A stretch of DNA of 58,454 nt, taken from an uncultured Candidatus Saccharibacteria bacterium (GTDB lineage: Bacteria; Patescibacteriota; Minisyncoccia; Phycocordibacterales; UBA918). Where the stretch lies: NCBI GenBank assembly GCA_964425625.1, contig CAYRMI010000002.1, positions 1 through 58,454 of the forward strand. The letters run 5' to 3'. Under the pieces are notes generated by a model. That model made no database searches. It worked only from the letters and a program-made list of their open reading frames with translations, and was not told the DNA's origin. A program made the position numbers and the translations under genes. Position 1 is the first letter of the stretch; each line of letters opens with the position of its first letter. This document shows, one piece after another, positions 9,104 through 18,026 of this stretch.

Positions 9104-10000
9104 ATGCATTACATTACATCGGCTGAGGTAACTGAGTTAGAATTAAAAGCCAATCAAATTCGGCAAAGTATTATTGAGATGCTGGTGGCAGCAGGCAGTG
9201 GACACACCGCTGGTCCGTTGGGGATGGCGGATATTTTTACGTTACTCTATTTTAAAGTGCTTCAGCACGACCCCAAAAACCCTCTCTGGGAAGAGCGTGA
9301 TCGAGTAGTGCTATCAAACGGCCACATTTGTCCGGTCTTGTATGCTACGCTGGCCCATGCTGGTTATTTTCCGATTGAGGAACTCATCACGCTAAGAAAA
9401 TTTGGTTCTCGCCTACAGGGACATCCACACCGTACGGCTTTGCCGGGGATTGAGACTAGTTCTGGTCCACTCGGTTCAGGTCTATCCCAAGCCGTCGGAA
9501 TGGCCTTAGCTGAACGGATTGATAATCCCTATTCATCAAAATATATCTATTGTTTGGCTGGTGATGGCGAATTAAATGAAGGACAAATCTGGGAAGCTGC
9601 CATGCTGGCTGGTAAGGAGAAGCTTCATAATCTAATTCTTATTATTGATCGTAATGGTATTCAAATTGATGGTTATACCAAAGACGTGATGCCCCTTGAA
9701 CCACTCGCAGAAAAATTTGAAGCTTTCAATTTTGATGTGCAGGAAGTTGATGGTCATAATATAAGAGCCGTAAATGATGCTATCGGCAAAGCTCAAGCAA
9801 TTTATAGTCAACCTTCAGTTATTATTGCGCATACAATCGCCTCTAAAGGGGTGGATGTGTTTGAGCGCGATTTTCGTTGGCATGGCAATCCACCTGGGAA
9901 AGGTCCAGAAGATAGGGTGCCAAAAGACAAACAAGCCGAAGTAGCTCTGACTAAACTCAGGACGTTGGCGGGACTTATTGCTAAAGAGAATATTGATTAA
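9104..10000 (+). CDS. tkt: Transketolase N-terminal (TPP-binding) subunit
   Basis: GSGHTAG, LSNGH, GSLG-like SGPLGSGLS, GDGELNEGQIWEA...DRN. ATG 9104 lies 11 nt after TGTTATACT. Confidence 0.93.
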   Translation: MHYITSAEVTELELKANQIRQSIIEMLVAAGSGHTAGPLGMADIFTLLYFKVLQHDPKNPLWEERDRVVLSNGHICPVLYATLAHAGYFPIEELITLRKFGSRLQGHPHRTALPGIETSSGPLGSGLSQAVGMALAERIDNPYSSKYIYCLAGDGELNEGQIWEAAMLAGKEKLHNLILIIDRNGIQIDGYTKDVMPLEPLAEKFEAFNFDVQEVDGHNIRAVNDAIGKAQAIYSQPSVIIAHTIASKGVDVFERDFRWHGNPPGKGPEDRVPKDKQAEVALTKLRTLAGLIAKENID

Positions 10001-10009
10001 ATATTGATT

Positions 10010-10996
10010 ATGAGAGCATCACACTTAGATAAAAATTTTGCTACCAAGGAAATGATCGTGTTGCCGAGTCGAAATGGCTATGGTGATGGTTTGGTGGAGG
10101 CAGGCAAACGAGACTCAAGAATCGTGGCTTTATCGGCTGACTTGACCGAGTCCACCCGTACCCTACCTTTTGCTGAGCTTTTTCCAGAACGCTTTGTGCA
10201 AGTGGGTATTGCCGAACAAAATATGGCCTCAGTAGCCTCTGGTATGGCCGCCATGGGGAAGATACCTTTTATTGCCTCCTATGCTATGTTCTCGCCAGGA
10301 CGCAACTGGGAGCAGATACGTACTACGATTGCTTACAATAATAGTAACGTGAAGGTGATTGGCGCTCACGCTGGGATATCAGTTGGTCCAGATGGAGCCA
10401 CTCATCAAGCGATAGAAGACTTAGCGATTATGCGAGTGATACCAAACATGATTGTGATTGCACCGGCTGATTTGCATGAAGCAAGAAAAGCGATTTTGGC
10501 AGCGGCTAAATACGAAGGCCCAGTCTATATCCGTGTTGGGCGTAGCAATACACCGGTGGTGACTACGCCGGAGTCGCCGTTTGAAATTGGTAAGGCAGAG
10601 ATAATGTATGCGCGTAAAAATGAAGCAAAGACAAACATCACTTTGGTGGTAACAGGGACGTTACTTTACAATGCCCTAAAAGCAGCCGAGATACTTGAGG
10701 AGGGTGAGCTGGGAGTGAGTGTTTTACATATGCCGACTATTAAGCCACTTGATACTGAAGCTTTACTAAAAGTAGCTAAGGAAAGTGCTGGTCTAGTAAC
10801 AATTGAAGAGCACCAAAAAATTGGTGGCCTGGGTAGCGCGGTAGCTGAGTATTTGGCGGAAGCGCATCCGACTAAGATTTTGCGGATTGGAGTAGATGAT
10901 CGGTTTGGCCAGTCTGGAGAACCGGAAGAATTGATAGAGCATTATGGCATGGGTGTATCTCATATTGTAGAGGCAGGGAAGAAGTTTCTAACTTAA
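10010..10996 (+). CDS. tkt: Transketolase C-terminal (pyrimidine-binding) subunit
   Basis: GIAEQNM, GPDGATHQ, IEEHQKIGGLGSAV, RFGQSG. Confidence 0.93.
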   Translation: MRASHLDKNFATKEMIVLPSRNGYGDGLVEAGKRDSRIVALSADLTESTRTLPFAELFPERFVQVGIAEQNMASVASGMAAMGKIPFIASYAMFSPGRNWEQIRTTIAYNNSNVKVIGAHAGISVGPDGATHQAIEDLAIMRVIPNMIVIAPADLHEARKAILAAAKYEGPVYIRVGRSNTPVVTTPESPFEIGKAEIMYARKNEAKTNITLVVTGTLLYNALKAAEILEEGELGVSVLHMPTIKPLDTEALLKVAKESAGLVTIEEHQKIGGLGSAVAEYLAEAHPTKILRIGVDDRFGQSGEPEELIEHYGMGVSHIVEAGKKFLT

Positions 10997-11030
10997 ACCA
11001 AAAATCGGCCAGCTGGCCGATTTTTGGTTT
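10995..11030. terminator. 36-bp perfect palindrome between convergent genes (bidirectional terminator)
   Basis: AAACCAAAAATCGGCCAG|CTGGCCGATTTTTGGTTT. Confidence 0.75.
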
Positions 11031-11045
11031 GAACGCAACTCTAAA

Positions 11046-12050
11046 TTAACTAACTTTTACTGCTTCATAAGAAGCGGGGCGGTTTTTGAGGTGCTCCAAT
11101 AAGGCACTTTCTGTCAGTAGTCCAGCTTGAGCACCGACGTACTGTACTACCGACATAGAATTGACTGGTCCCCAGGTGAGGGCTTCGGCCGGGGTCTTAC
11201 CTAAAGCAATAGCAGCGGTAAAAGTGGAGGCAAAGGAGTCGCCGGCACCGGTACGATCGACTGGTGGCTTAGGGTCAGGGTACATCGGCATAAACCAGGC
11301 CTGGTCATGCTCATCAACCACAAAAGCGCCATTTGGACCATCGGTGATGACTGGTAAAGTTGGTCCGAGTTTTTTAAATTCACGCAGTAGGGTAGGGACA
11401 TTTTGCTCAGTTGTCCTTAGTATTTCCTGCGCTTCTTCTTTGTTGCAGAAGAAGATTTCGGTGGCTTCGTAAAGATCTTTGAGCACTTCATGACCGAGTT
11501 TGATTTGGAAAGTACCGGGTTGAAAGACAAGCTTAGTATCGTTATGTTTTACATATTCTGCTATTTCATGGTGTAAGGGTAAGCCATGCTCGCCAATCGA
11601 GGAAAAATAGAGATAACGTGGAGCTACCGCAAAGTCAGGTAACGTATAAGGAAAAACCTCATGTTTGATCAGAATAGTGCGCTCTGGACCATAGCGCAGT
11701 ACGTAGTGATAATTAGTGGCTTTGCCTTCGTGTAATTTTACGTATTCGGTATTGACCCCTTCGGTGCGCAGGGCTTCGAGGCAATCTTTACCGTTACGAT
11801 CATGTCCGAGATTGGTCACGAGGGCAGTTTTAAGTCCCAGGCGATGGGCTGACACGGCGGCGTTTGGCGAATTGCCAACAGCGTTTACGATTACCACTTC
11901 CTCATAAGGTAGCTTGCTTCCAAAAGGCATGTGTAGAGTATAGCGACCGGTATCCATGTCCTGACTGACGTCAGCTGCGTCTTTGTTTAGTTGTATAAAA
12001 GCATCGACGACAATATCGCCGATGGCAACAAAATCATATTGTTCTGACAT
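11046..12050 (-). CDS. PfkB/ribokinase family carbohydrate kinase
   Basis: N-terminal AIGD..VD and GNSPNAAV; C-terminal VDRTGAGDSF anion-hole motif. Confidence 0.9.
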   Translation of the reverse strand: MSEQYDFVAIGDIVVDAFIQLNKDAADVSQDMDTGRYTLHMPFGSKLPYEEVVIVNAVGNSPNAAVSAHRLGLKTALVTNLGHDRNGKDCLEALRTEGVNTEYVKLHEGKATNYHYVLRYGPERTILIKHEVFPYTLPDFAVAPRYLYFSSIGEHGLPLHHEIAEYVKHNDTKLVFQPGTFQIKLGHEVLKDLYEATEIFFCNKEEAQEILRTTEQNVPTLLREFKKLGPTLPVITDGPNGAFVVDEHDQAWFMPMYPDPKPPVDRTGAGDSFASTFTAAIALGKTPAEALTWGPVNSMSVVQYVGAQAGLLTESALLEHLKNRPASYEAVKVS

Positions 12051-12151
12051 ATGTTAATTATCATAACATTTATACTAGCTGGCCTTGGTGGCTATTTTAC
12101 TTTTTTGGGGAGTAGTGCAGGCAGGGCTTTTGTGTGATATCTTGTTGGCAT

Positions 12152-12772
12152 ATGACAGCAACATTGCCAATCAAAAAACGTGTAAGTGAAGATAAAAACT
12201 TTGATTTAAAGGAATTAATACCAGCGGTTATTTATGGGCCAAAGCAGGACTCGGTATCAGTGATGGTAAACCGTAAAGAATTTGAGAAAATGTTTAAGGT
12301 GGTGGGAGAATCATCTGTGATTGAACTGACTGGTCTAGAAAAAACGATTACAACGCTGGTTAAGGACGTTACTTTTGCACCAATCAAGGGTGGAATTGTG
12401 CATATTGATTTTTATGCTTTGGAGAAGGGGAAAGAGGTTGTCACTCATGTCCCGTTACACTTCATTGGTGAGTCGGCAGCGGCTAAGCTTGGGGCGGTGG
12501 TGAATAAAGTCATGCACGAAGTGACCGTGACCTGTCAGCCAGCTGACTTACCGACTTATCTTGATATTGATTTGAGTTTAATTGATACCGTTGAAGCGAA
12601 AATTACAGTGTCTGATATTGTCTGTCCTAAGGGAGTCAAAATAAATGCTGAGCCGGCAGAAGTAGTGGCGCTGGCAGAAATAATAAAAGAAGAAATAGAG
12701 CCAGAGGTGGTAGTTGATATAAAAGATATTCCTGTGGAACAAAAAGGAAAGGAAGAGGAAGTTGTCGCCTAA
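12152..12772 (+). CDS. rplY: 50S ribosomal protein L25/CTC (long form)
   Basis: IPAVIYG, HIDFY, VPLHFIGES, LPTYLDIDLS. ATG 12152. Confidence 0.9.
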   Translation: MTATLPIKKRVSEDKNFDLKELIPAVIYGPKQDSVSVMVNRKEFEKMFKVVGESSVIELTGLEKTITTLVKDVTFAPIKGGIVHIDFYALEKGKEVVTHVPLHFIGESAAAKLGAVVNKVMHEVTVTCQPADLPTYLDIDLSLIDTVEAKITVSDIVCPKGVKINAEPAEVVALAEIIKEEIEPEVVVDIKDIPVEQKGKEEEVVA

Positions 12773-12787
12773 ACTTCACTCTAGACA

Positions 12788-12831
12788 GAAACAAAGACAC
12801 CTAGTCGGATACGACTAGGTGTCTTTGTTTC
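12788..12831 (+). terminator. 20-bp hairpin after rplY
   Basis: GAAACAAAGACACCTAGTCG-GATA-CGACTAGGTGTCTTTGTTTC. Confidence 0.75.
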
Positions 12832-12861
12832 GGTTGGGGTTTGGTATAATGATTTTTAATT

Positions 12862-14229
12862 ATGCAACAGATTGTTTTTTTGGTGAGCTTTGTTTTTATT
12901 GGTCTGTTCGTGTTTGTTTCGCCGATCATGGCTGAAACTGAAGCCGAACGAAGGACTCGGCTTGAGACAGAGCTACAAAACGTAGAGCGACAAATTTTGA
13001 CTCAGAGCCGGTTAGTAGAAGACAAACAATTGGAGCGTCGTTCACTCGAGCGAGACGTGTCAATTATTGAAGGTCAAATAAAACAAGCCCAGCTTGGTAT
13101 TCAGGCCCGAGCGGTAGCAATTATCCAGTTGGAAGACCAGATTGGTGAAAAGGCTATCACTATTAATATTCTCGAGGATAAATTGAAAAAGCAGAAAGAG
13201 TCATTAGCTGATTTGATAAGAAAATCAGTCTTGCTAGACAATTATTCTTTAGTGGAAGTGATGCTTAGTCGACAAAACTTCTCTGAGTTTTTTAGCGATG
13301 TAGCCACTTACCAGTCACTTAAAGAATCGCTAAATGAATCTTTGACCGTGTTGGAAGCGATTCATCGTGATACCTATGCGCAAAAAAGTCAGCTTGAGTC
13401 TAAACAGGAAACAGAAGCCGAAATGAAACGAATTCAAGAACTGCAAAAAGTTGAAATAGAACAAAAAGAGAAAGAAAAAGAGAGTATTCTTAAGGTCACT
13501 AAAGGAGAAGAAAAAGCCTATCAACAACTACTAGAATCACAACAGCGCACAGCTTCACAACTTCGAAACGCACTCTTCCAGCTTCTAGGCGGTGGTGGGG
13601 GCATTCCTTTCCCAGAAGCAGTTGAGTTAGCTAGTTATGCGCAACGCCAGACGGGGGTAGCAGCTTCGCTTATTTTGGCAATTTTGGAGCAAGAGACAAA
13701 CCTCGGCTCCAATCTTGGTAGTTGTGTTTATAACGATATCCGTGGTGGTAAGGTGGTAATGCATCCCGATCGTGATGCACCAATCTTCTTGGCCGTCTCA
13801 GCGGTTTTGGGTTTTGATCCAGTCACTCGTACCGTCTCTTGCCCGATTGTCAGTAACGGACAGCGTTATGGCTGGGGTGGAGCTATGGGTCCTTCGCAGT
13901 TTATTCCTTCAACTTGGGCTATTTACGGTGGAATTGTTAACCAGGGTAGTGGTTGGACTTATAACCAAGCGGATGATGCGATTAGACGGATTAATGGTAG
14001 TGGTTTGCCAGCCAATCCATTTAACAATCGTGATGCTTTTCTGGCGACGGCTTTACTATTACGTGATAACGGCGCTTCGGGTACTTATAGTAGCGACCGT
14101 TTAGCGGCCTTACGTTATTATGCTGGTTGGGGTGGAGCGACCAGTCCAGCCAATGCTTTTTATGGTGATCAAGTAATGAATCGTAAAGCCAGATTACAAC
14201 AAGAGATGCAAGTCCTCTTAGGAAGTTAG
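12862..14229 (+). CDS. Secreted coiled-coil protein with C-terminal lytic transglycosylase (SLT/lysozyme-like) domain
   Basis: Signal peptide; about 210-aa E/Q/K-rich coil; ILEQETNLG (putative catalytic Glu); GAMGPSQFIPSTW; ALRYYAG. Confidence 0.8.
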   Translation: MQQIVFLVSFVFIGLFVFVSPIMAETEAERRTRLETELQNVERQILTQSRLVEDKQLERRSLERDVSIIEGQIKQAQLGIQARAVAIIQLEDQIGEKAITINILEDKLKKQKESLADLIRKSVLLDNYSLVEVMLSRQNFSEFFSDVATYQSLKESLNESLTVLEAIHRDTYAQKSQLESKQETEAEMKRIQELQKVEIEQKEKEKESILKVTKGEEKAYQQLLESQQRTASQLRNALFQLLGGGGGIPFPEAVELASYAQRQTGVAASLILAILEQETNLGSNLGSCVYNDIRGGKVVMHPDRDAPIFLAVSAVLGFDPVTRTVSCPIVSNGQRYGWGGAMGPSQFIPSTWAIYGGIVNQGSGWTYNQADDAIRRINGSGLPANPFNNRDAFLATALLLRDNGASGTYSSDRLAALRYYAGWGGATSPANAFYGDQVMNRKARLQQEMQVLLGS

Positions 14230-14237
14230 CAAGAAAG

Positions 14238-14265
14238 TTGCTTTATTACGTAACTTTGCTATAGT
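14238..14265 (+). promoter_or_regulatory. sigma70 promoter of rpmE
   Basis: TTGCTT-16-TATAGT with TG extension, 11 nt before the ATG. Confidence 0.6.
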
Positions 14266-14276
14266 AGCCACCACAT

Positions 14277-14546
14277 ATGAAAGCTGATATTCACCCAAAA
14301 AATTATCGTCTAGTCATTTTTAAAGATAACTCAAGCAGTGAGCGATTTTTAATTGGATCAACTATAGAAACAAATAAGACCGATACCTGGACAGATGGCA
14401 AAGAGTACCCACTGGCTTCAGTGGAAATTTCTAGTGCCTCGCACCCATTTTATACTGGTCAAGAGAAAATTATGGATACCGCTGGACGGGTAGAGCGATT
14501 CAAGGCTAGAGCCTCAAAGGCCGCTACCGAAAGCAAGAAACGTTAA
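14277..14546 (+). CDS. rpmE2: 50S ribosomal protein L31 type B (Zn-free)
   Basis: [25 protein letters not shown]; no CxxC. Confidence 0.95.
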   Translation: MKADIHPKNYRLVIFKDNSSSERFLIGSTIETNKTDTWTDGKEYPLASVEISSASHPFYTGQEKIMDTAGRVERFKARASKAATESKKR

Positions 14547-14682
14547 CCGAGCACCTTCTAGTTTGTTACAATCTAGAATATGATTTTGTTACCTTGTCAA
14601 TTCTCACTTGTTTTTTGACGTAGCTTGCAGAGAACGTGCTCGGCGGATTTTTGTATGGTCAAAAATAAGATATTATAAAGAT

Positions 14683-15669
14683 ATGGATTATAATGAAACA
14701 GAACTAGAGACCTTTAGAGAGAATCAAAAAACTCAATTTTTGGCCAGTCAATTTGATTTACTCTCAGCAAAGATAAAAGAATCTCTAGACCTAGGAGAAG
14801 CCGACCCGGCTTTAGCGGAAATGGCTAATGAAGAGGTTACTAAAATCGAACAACAAAGACAAAATTTATATACAGAGATGCAAAGAATCATGGAGGCTAA
14901 TAAGGAAGAGGAAGAGAAGCCATATGGAGTAATCTTAGAGGTTAGAGCCGGAGCTGGGGGTGATGAAGCAGCTCTTTTTGCCGAAGAGTTAGCGTCTATG
15001 TATTTGGCTTTTGCTGAGCGTAAGGGCTGGGCCTATTCTACCGAGCATGAGTCGCGTGGTCCTTCGGGTGGTTACAAGGAGGCAACGTTTGAAATTGTTC
15101 ATCCTAAGGTGTATGAAAATTTGCGTTACGAGACTGGTGTGCATCGAGTGCAACGTATCCCGGTGACCGAGAAAATGGGACGCATTCATACATCAACAGC
15201 GTCAGTGGCTATTTTGCCAATGCGACGTAAACCGACGATAGAGATTAACCCGACCGATATTATGATGGAGTTTTCCCGCTCTGGTGGGGCTGGTGGACAA
15301 AACGTAAATAAAGTAGAAACAGCGGTACGTTTGGTACACTTACCAACCGGTATTGAGGTGCGTAGTCAGTCAGAGCGTTCGCAGCTAAAAAATCGCGAGA
15401 AAGCGATGAGTATTTTGGTAGCCAAACTAGAAGCAGCTCATGAAGAAGAGGAAGCACGTTCCCATGCTTCTGAGCGTAAAAACCAAATTGGCACAGGTGA
15501 TCGCTCGGAAAAAATTCGAACTTACAATTTCCCACAAAACCGAATAACAGATCATCGAATAAAGGTTTCTTGGCACAATATGGAAGGGGTGATGGCTGGC
15601 GGAATTGAACCAATTATTGATGCTTTAGAAGCCTACGCTAGTGGGACGGAGGTGGTTGCGCCTGATTAG
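14683..15669 (+). CDS. prfA: Peptide chain release factor 1
   Basis: [18 protein letters not shown] (PxT anticodon motif), [20 protein letters not shown]. Confidence 0.95.
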   Translation: MDYNETELETFRENQKTQFLASQFDLLSAKIKESLDLGEADPALAEMANEEVTKIEQQRQNLYTEMQRIMEANKEEEEKPYGVILEVRAGAGGDEAALFAEELASMYLAFAERKGWAYSTEHESRGPSGGYKEATFEIVHPKVYENLRYETGVHRVQRIPVTEKMGRIHTSTASVAILPMRRKPTIEINPTDIMMEFSRSGGAGGQNVNKVETAVRLVHLPTGIEVRSQSERSQLKNREKAMSILVAKLEAAHEEEEARSHASERKNQIGTGDRSEKIRTYNFPQNRITDHRIKVSWHNMEGVMAGGIEPIIDALEAYASGTEVVAPD

Positions 15670-15727
15670 CTAATATGATAGCATCACGGAGCTTAAGCGC
15701 AGTGCGCTTTTTTGCTTAGTATTCATT

Positions 15728-16495
15728 ATGTCAACACACACGAACAATTCATCACTTATCGAGCGCCTTTTTAATGTTGGTGCTCACTTTGGTTTTAAAA
15801 AGAGTCGACGTCATCCAACCGTCACACCATTTCTCTATGGTACAAAAGAAGGAAACGATATCTTCGATTTGGAAAAGACTTCAGATCTTATCGCGAAAGC
15901 TACTGAGGTAATAAAGGAGGCTGGACTTAGTGGTAAAACAGTTGTCTTTGTCGGGACCAAGACCGAAGTAGTTGATATCGTCACTAAAGCAGCCGAAAGA
16001 GTGGCTATGCCTTACGTGGTTAATCGTTGGATAGGAGGTATGCTGACTAACTTCTCAGAAATTAAAAAGCGTATTAACCGATTAGAAGAACTCCAGACTG
16101 GCACCGCTTCAGGTGAGTTAGAAAGAAAGTACACCAAAAAAGAACGCATGGTACTTAGTCGCGAGGCCACTAAGCTCGATCATAACTTTAAGGGTATTAG
16201 TAAGCTCTCACGTATTCCAGATTTGATGGTAGTAGTTGACCCTCGTCATGATAATATTGCAGTCAAAGAGGCTCGAAATATGAAAGTACCAATTATCGGA
16301 ATTATGAGTTCAGATTGCGATGTGTCACTGGTTAATTATCCCGTACTAGTCAACGACTCGCTAAAAGGTAGTGTAACGACGGTACTAGAGGAGTTAACTT
16401 CTGCCTTGGCTACTGGTCAATCGGCTTATGTGCCAAAACCAGCCACGCCAAGAACGATGGATGCTCGTCCGCGTCCACGTACTCCACGCCAATAA
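15728..16495 (+). CDS. rpsB: 30S ribosomal protein S2
   Basis: GAHFG, FVGTK, RWIGGMLTNF, AVKEA. Confidence 0.96.
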   Translation: MSTHTNNSSLIERLFNVGAHFGFKKSRRHPTVTPFLYGTKEGNDIFDLEKTSDLIAKATEVIKEAGLSGKTVVFVGTKTEVVDIVTKAAERVAMPYVVNRWIGGMLTNFSEIKKRINRLEELQTGTASGELERKYTKKERMVLSREATKLDHNFKGISKLSRIPDLMVVVDPRHDNIAVKEARNMKVPIIGIMSSDCDVSLVNYPVLVNDSLKGSVTTVLEELTSALATGQSAYVPKPATPRTMDARPRPRTPRQ

Positions 16496-16551
16496 GGATA
16501 GATGTTGCGATTAATTGTTCTTTAGTAAATCAATAAACTGGAAAATTATCT

Positions 16552-17136
16552 ATGGAAATAACTTCAACCCAATTAAAGGAACTACGCGATAAGACTGGTA
16601 TCTCGGTGATGCAGTGCAAGAAAGCGCTAGAAGAGGCTGACGGTGATATGGAGAAAGCAGTGATTATTCTCAAGCGTAAGCGTAGTGAAGCGGCTGACAA
16701 AAAGTCAGACCGTGAACTAGGTGCTGGTTCGATTGGTTCTTATGTACATAATACCCACGAAGTAGCGGCGATGGTACTACTGGCTTGTGAGACTGACTTT
16801 GTGTCTAAAAATGAGGAGTTTGTGGCGCTGGCGCGTGATATTGCAATGCATGTGGCGGCTACTAATCCAACCTATATTACTAAAGTTGAAGTACCAGCAG
16901 AGGTACTAAAGAAGGCAGAAGAAGTATTCTTACGTGAAGTAACTGATAAGCCAGCTGAGATGCAGGCAAAAATAATCGAAGGTAAGATGGCCTCCTATTT
17001 CAAAGAGCAAATTCTACTTGAGCAACCATTCATTAAAAATCCTGAAACTACTATTGGGGAAATGATTACTGGAGCGGTGCAAAAATTTGGTGAAAATATT
17101 TCGGTGGTTCAGATTTCTCGTCTGTCAGTAAAGTAA
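16552..17136 (+). CDS. tsf: Elongation factor Ts (short form)
   Basis: LRDKTGISVMQCKKAL, CETDFV, LLEQPFIK; follows rpsB. Confidence 0.95.
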   Translation: MEITSTQLKELRDKTGISVMQCKKALEEADGDMEKAVIILKRKRSEAADKKSDRELGAGSIGSYVHNTHEVAAMVLLACETDFVSKNEEFVALARDIAMHVAATNPTYITKVEVPAEVLKKAEEVFLREVTDKPAEMQAKIIEGKMASYFKEQILLEQPFIKNPETTIGEMITGAVQKFGENISVVQISRLSVK

Positions 17137-17145
17137 TGATCGTTT

Positions 17146-17586
17146 ATGTTTAGTGCTGGACCACTATTTTTAATCAGTGCCAGTTTGTTTGTTGTGTGGT
17201 CTTTCGTGACCAGGCAAGAACAAGTTCGAGGTAGCCGACTTTTTCTCTCTGGTTTAAGGGCTCGGTGCGATAGTGTTTTTGAAGCGGTGTATCTTTATTT
17301 ACGGGAACGAGTGAGACGAATCGTTCGTCATACCATCAAGCTTTCTTGGTACTATAGCCTTCATTCAGCTCTTCGAGCGATATTGACTATCCTAGTGAAG
17401 CTGTATGACAGCCTTGAACTAGTATTTATAAACAACCGTGAGAATGCCCGAAAACTGCGAGCGGAGAAAAGGGGAGTGACGGGAGTGAAAAGTCACTTGA
17501 CCATGATTAGCGAACATAAGGCTGAGTCGGCCTTGACGCCGAGCCAAAAAAAGAAATTGAAAGCTAAAAGACTGGCCGGGGAATAA
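17146..17586 (+). CDS. Hypothetical membrane protein
   Basis: N-terminal TM helix, basic C-terminus, 9 nt after tsf. Confidence 0.7.
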   Translation: MFSAGPLFLISASLFVVWSFVTRQEQVRGSRLFLSGLRARCDSVFEAVYLYLRERVRRIVRHTIKLSWYYSLHSALRAILTILVKLYDSLELVFINNRENARKLRAEKRGVTGVKSHLTMISEHKAESALTPSQKKKLKAKRLAGE

Positions 17587-17590
17587 GAAG

Positions 17591-17618
17591 TTGCGATTTT
17601 TTCAAAACCAGTCATAAT
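17591..17618 (+). promoter_or_regulatory. Putative promoter of the tRNA-Thr precursor
   Basis: TTGCGA-16-CATAAT. Confidence 0.5.
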
Positions 17619-17631
17619 AGCAGTCCAGAAC

Positions 17632-17919
17632 GCCACCTTAGCTCGGGCGGGAGAGTTGAAACAGTATGGGATATTGTTTCAAAGTTTTGTCAAAACCGTT
17701 GCTTACTTAGTGAAGTATGTGGTAGAAAGGTTGAGTAGTAAAAAAGTAAAGTATTGCCATCTTAGCTCAGTTGGTAGAGCAACGGTTTTGTAAACCGTGG
17801 GTCGTCAGTTCAAATCTGACAGATGGCTCCGAGTGAGTGGAGTAAAAAAGAGACACCACAGTGTTTATTTTTTATTCCCGAGCGAGGACCTTCTGTATGC
17901 TCTGCATACAGGTGGCTCC
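17632..17919 (+). other. tRNA-like outer 5' arm and 3' end enclosing the tRNA-Thr gene
   Basis: GCCACCT-TA-GCTC-GGGCGGGA-GAGT at 17632 and AGGTGGC-T-CCGA at 17910 form a perfect 7-bp acceptor-like pair. Confidence 0.45.
17756..17828 (+). tRNA. tRNA-Thr(TGT)
   Basis: Acceptor GCCATCT/AGATGGC; D-arm GCTC/GAGC; anticodon arm ACGGT-TTTGTAA-ACCGT; T-arm GTCAG-TTCAAAT-CTGAC; discriminator T; CCA not fully encoded (CCG). Confidence 0.96.
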
Positions 17920-18026
17920 GATTAATTACCAGGTTTGTGGAAAGAGATACTTAGGTGGGAGAGTTAAAACAGTCTGTTGAGGGCTTTATTTATAGTCATA
18001 ATGAGTATATACTCTGACTTAATCCT

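Noticed and set aside
6815-14682. 5'-extended starts in the ORF track (6815, 9068, 12134, 14608)
   Set aside because: The extensions overlap promoter-like or intergenic sequence; conserved N-termini begin at ATG 6884, 9104, 12152 and 14683.
17821-17921. Prophage or island attachment site at the tRNA-Thr 3' end
   Set aside because: The duplicated 3' end is only 89 bp away and no integrase or cargo lies between; kept only as the nested-tRNA finding.
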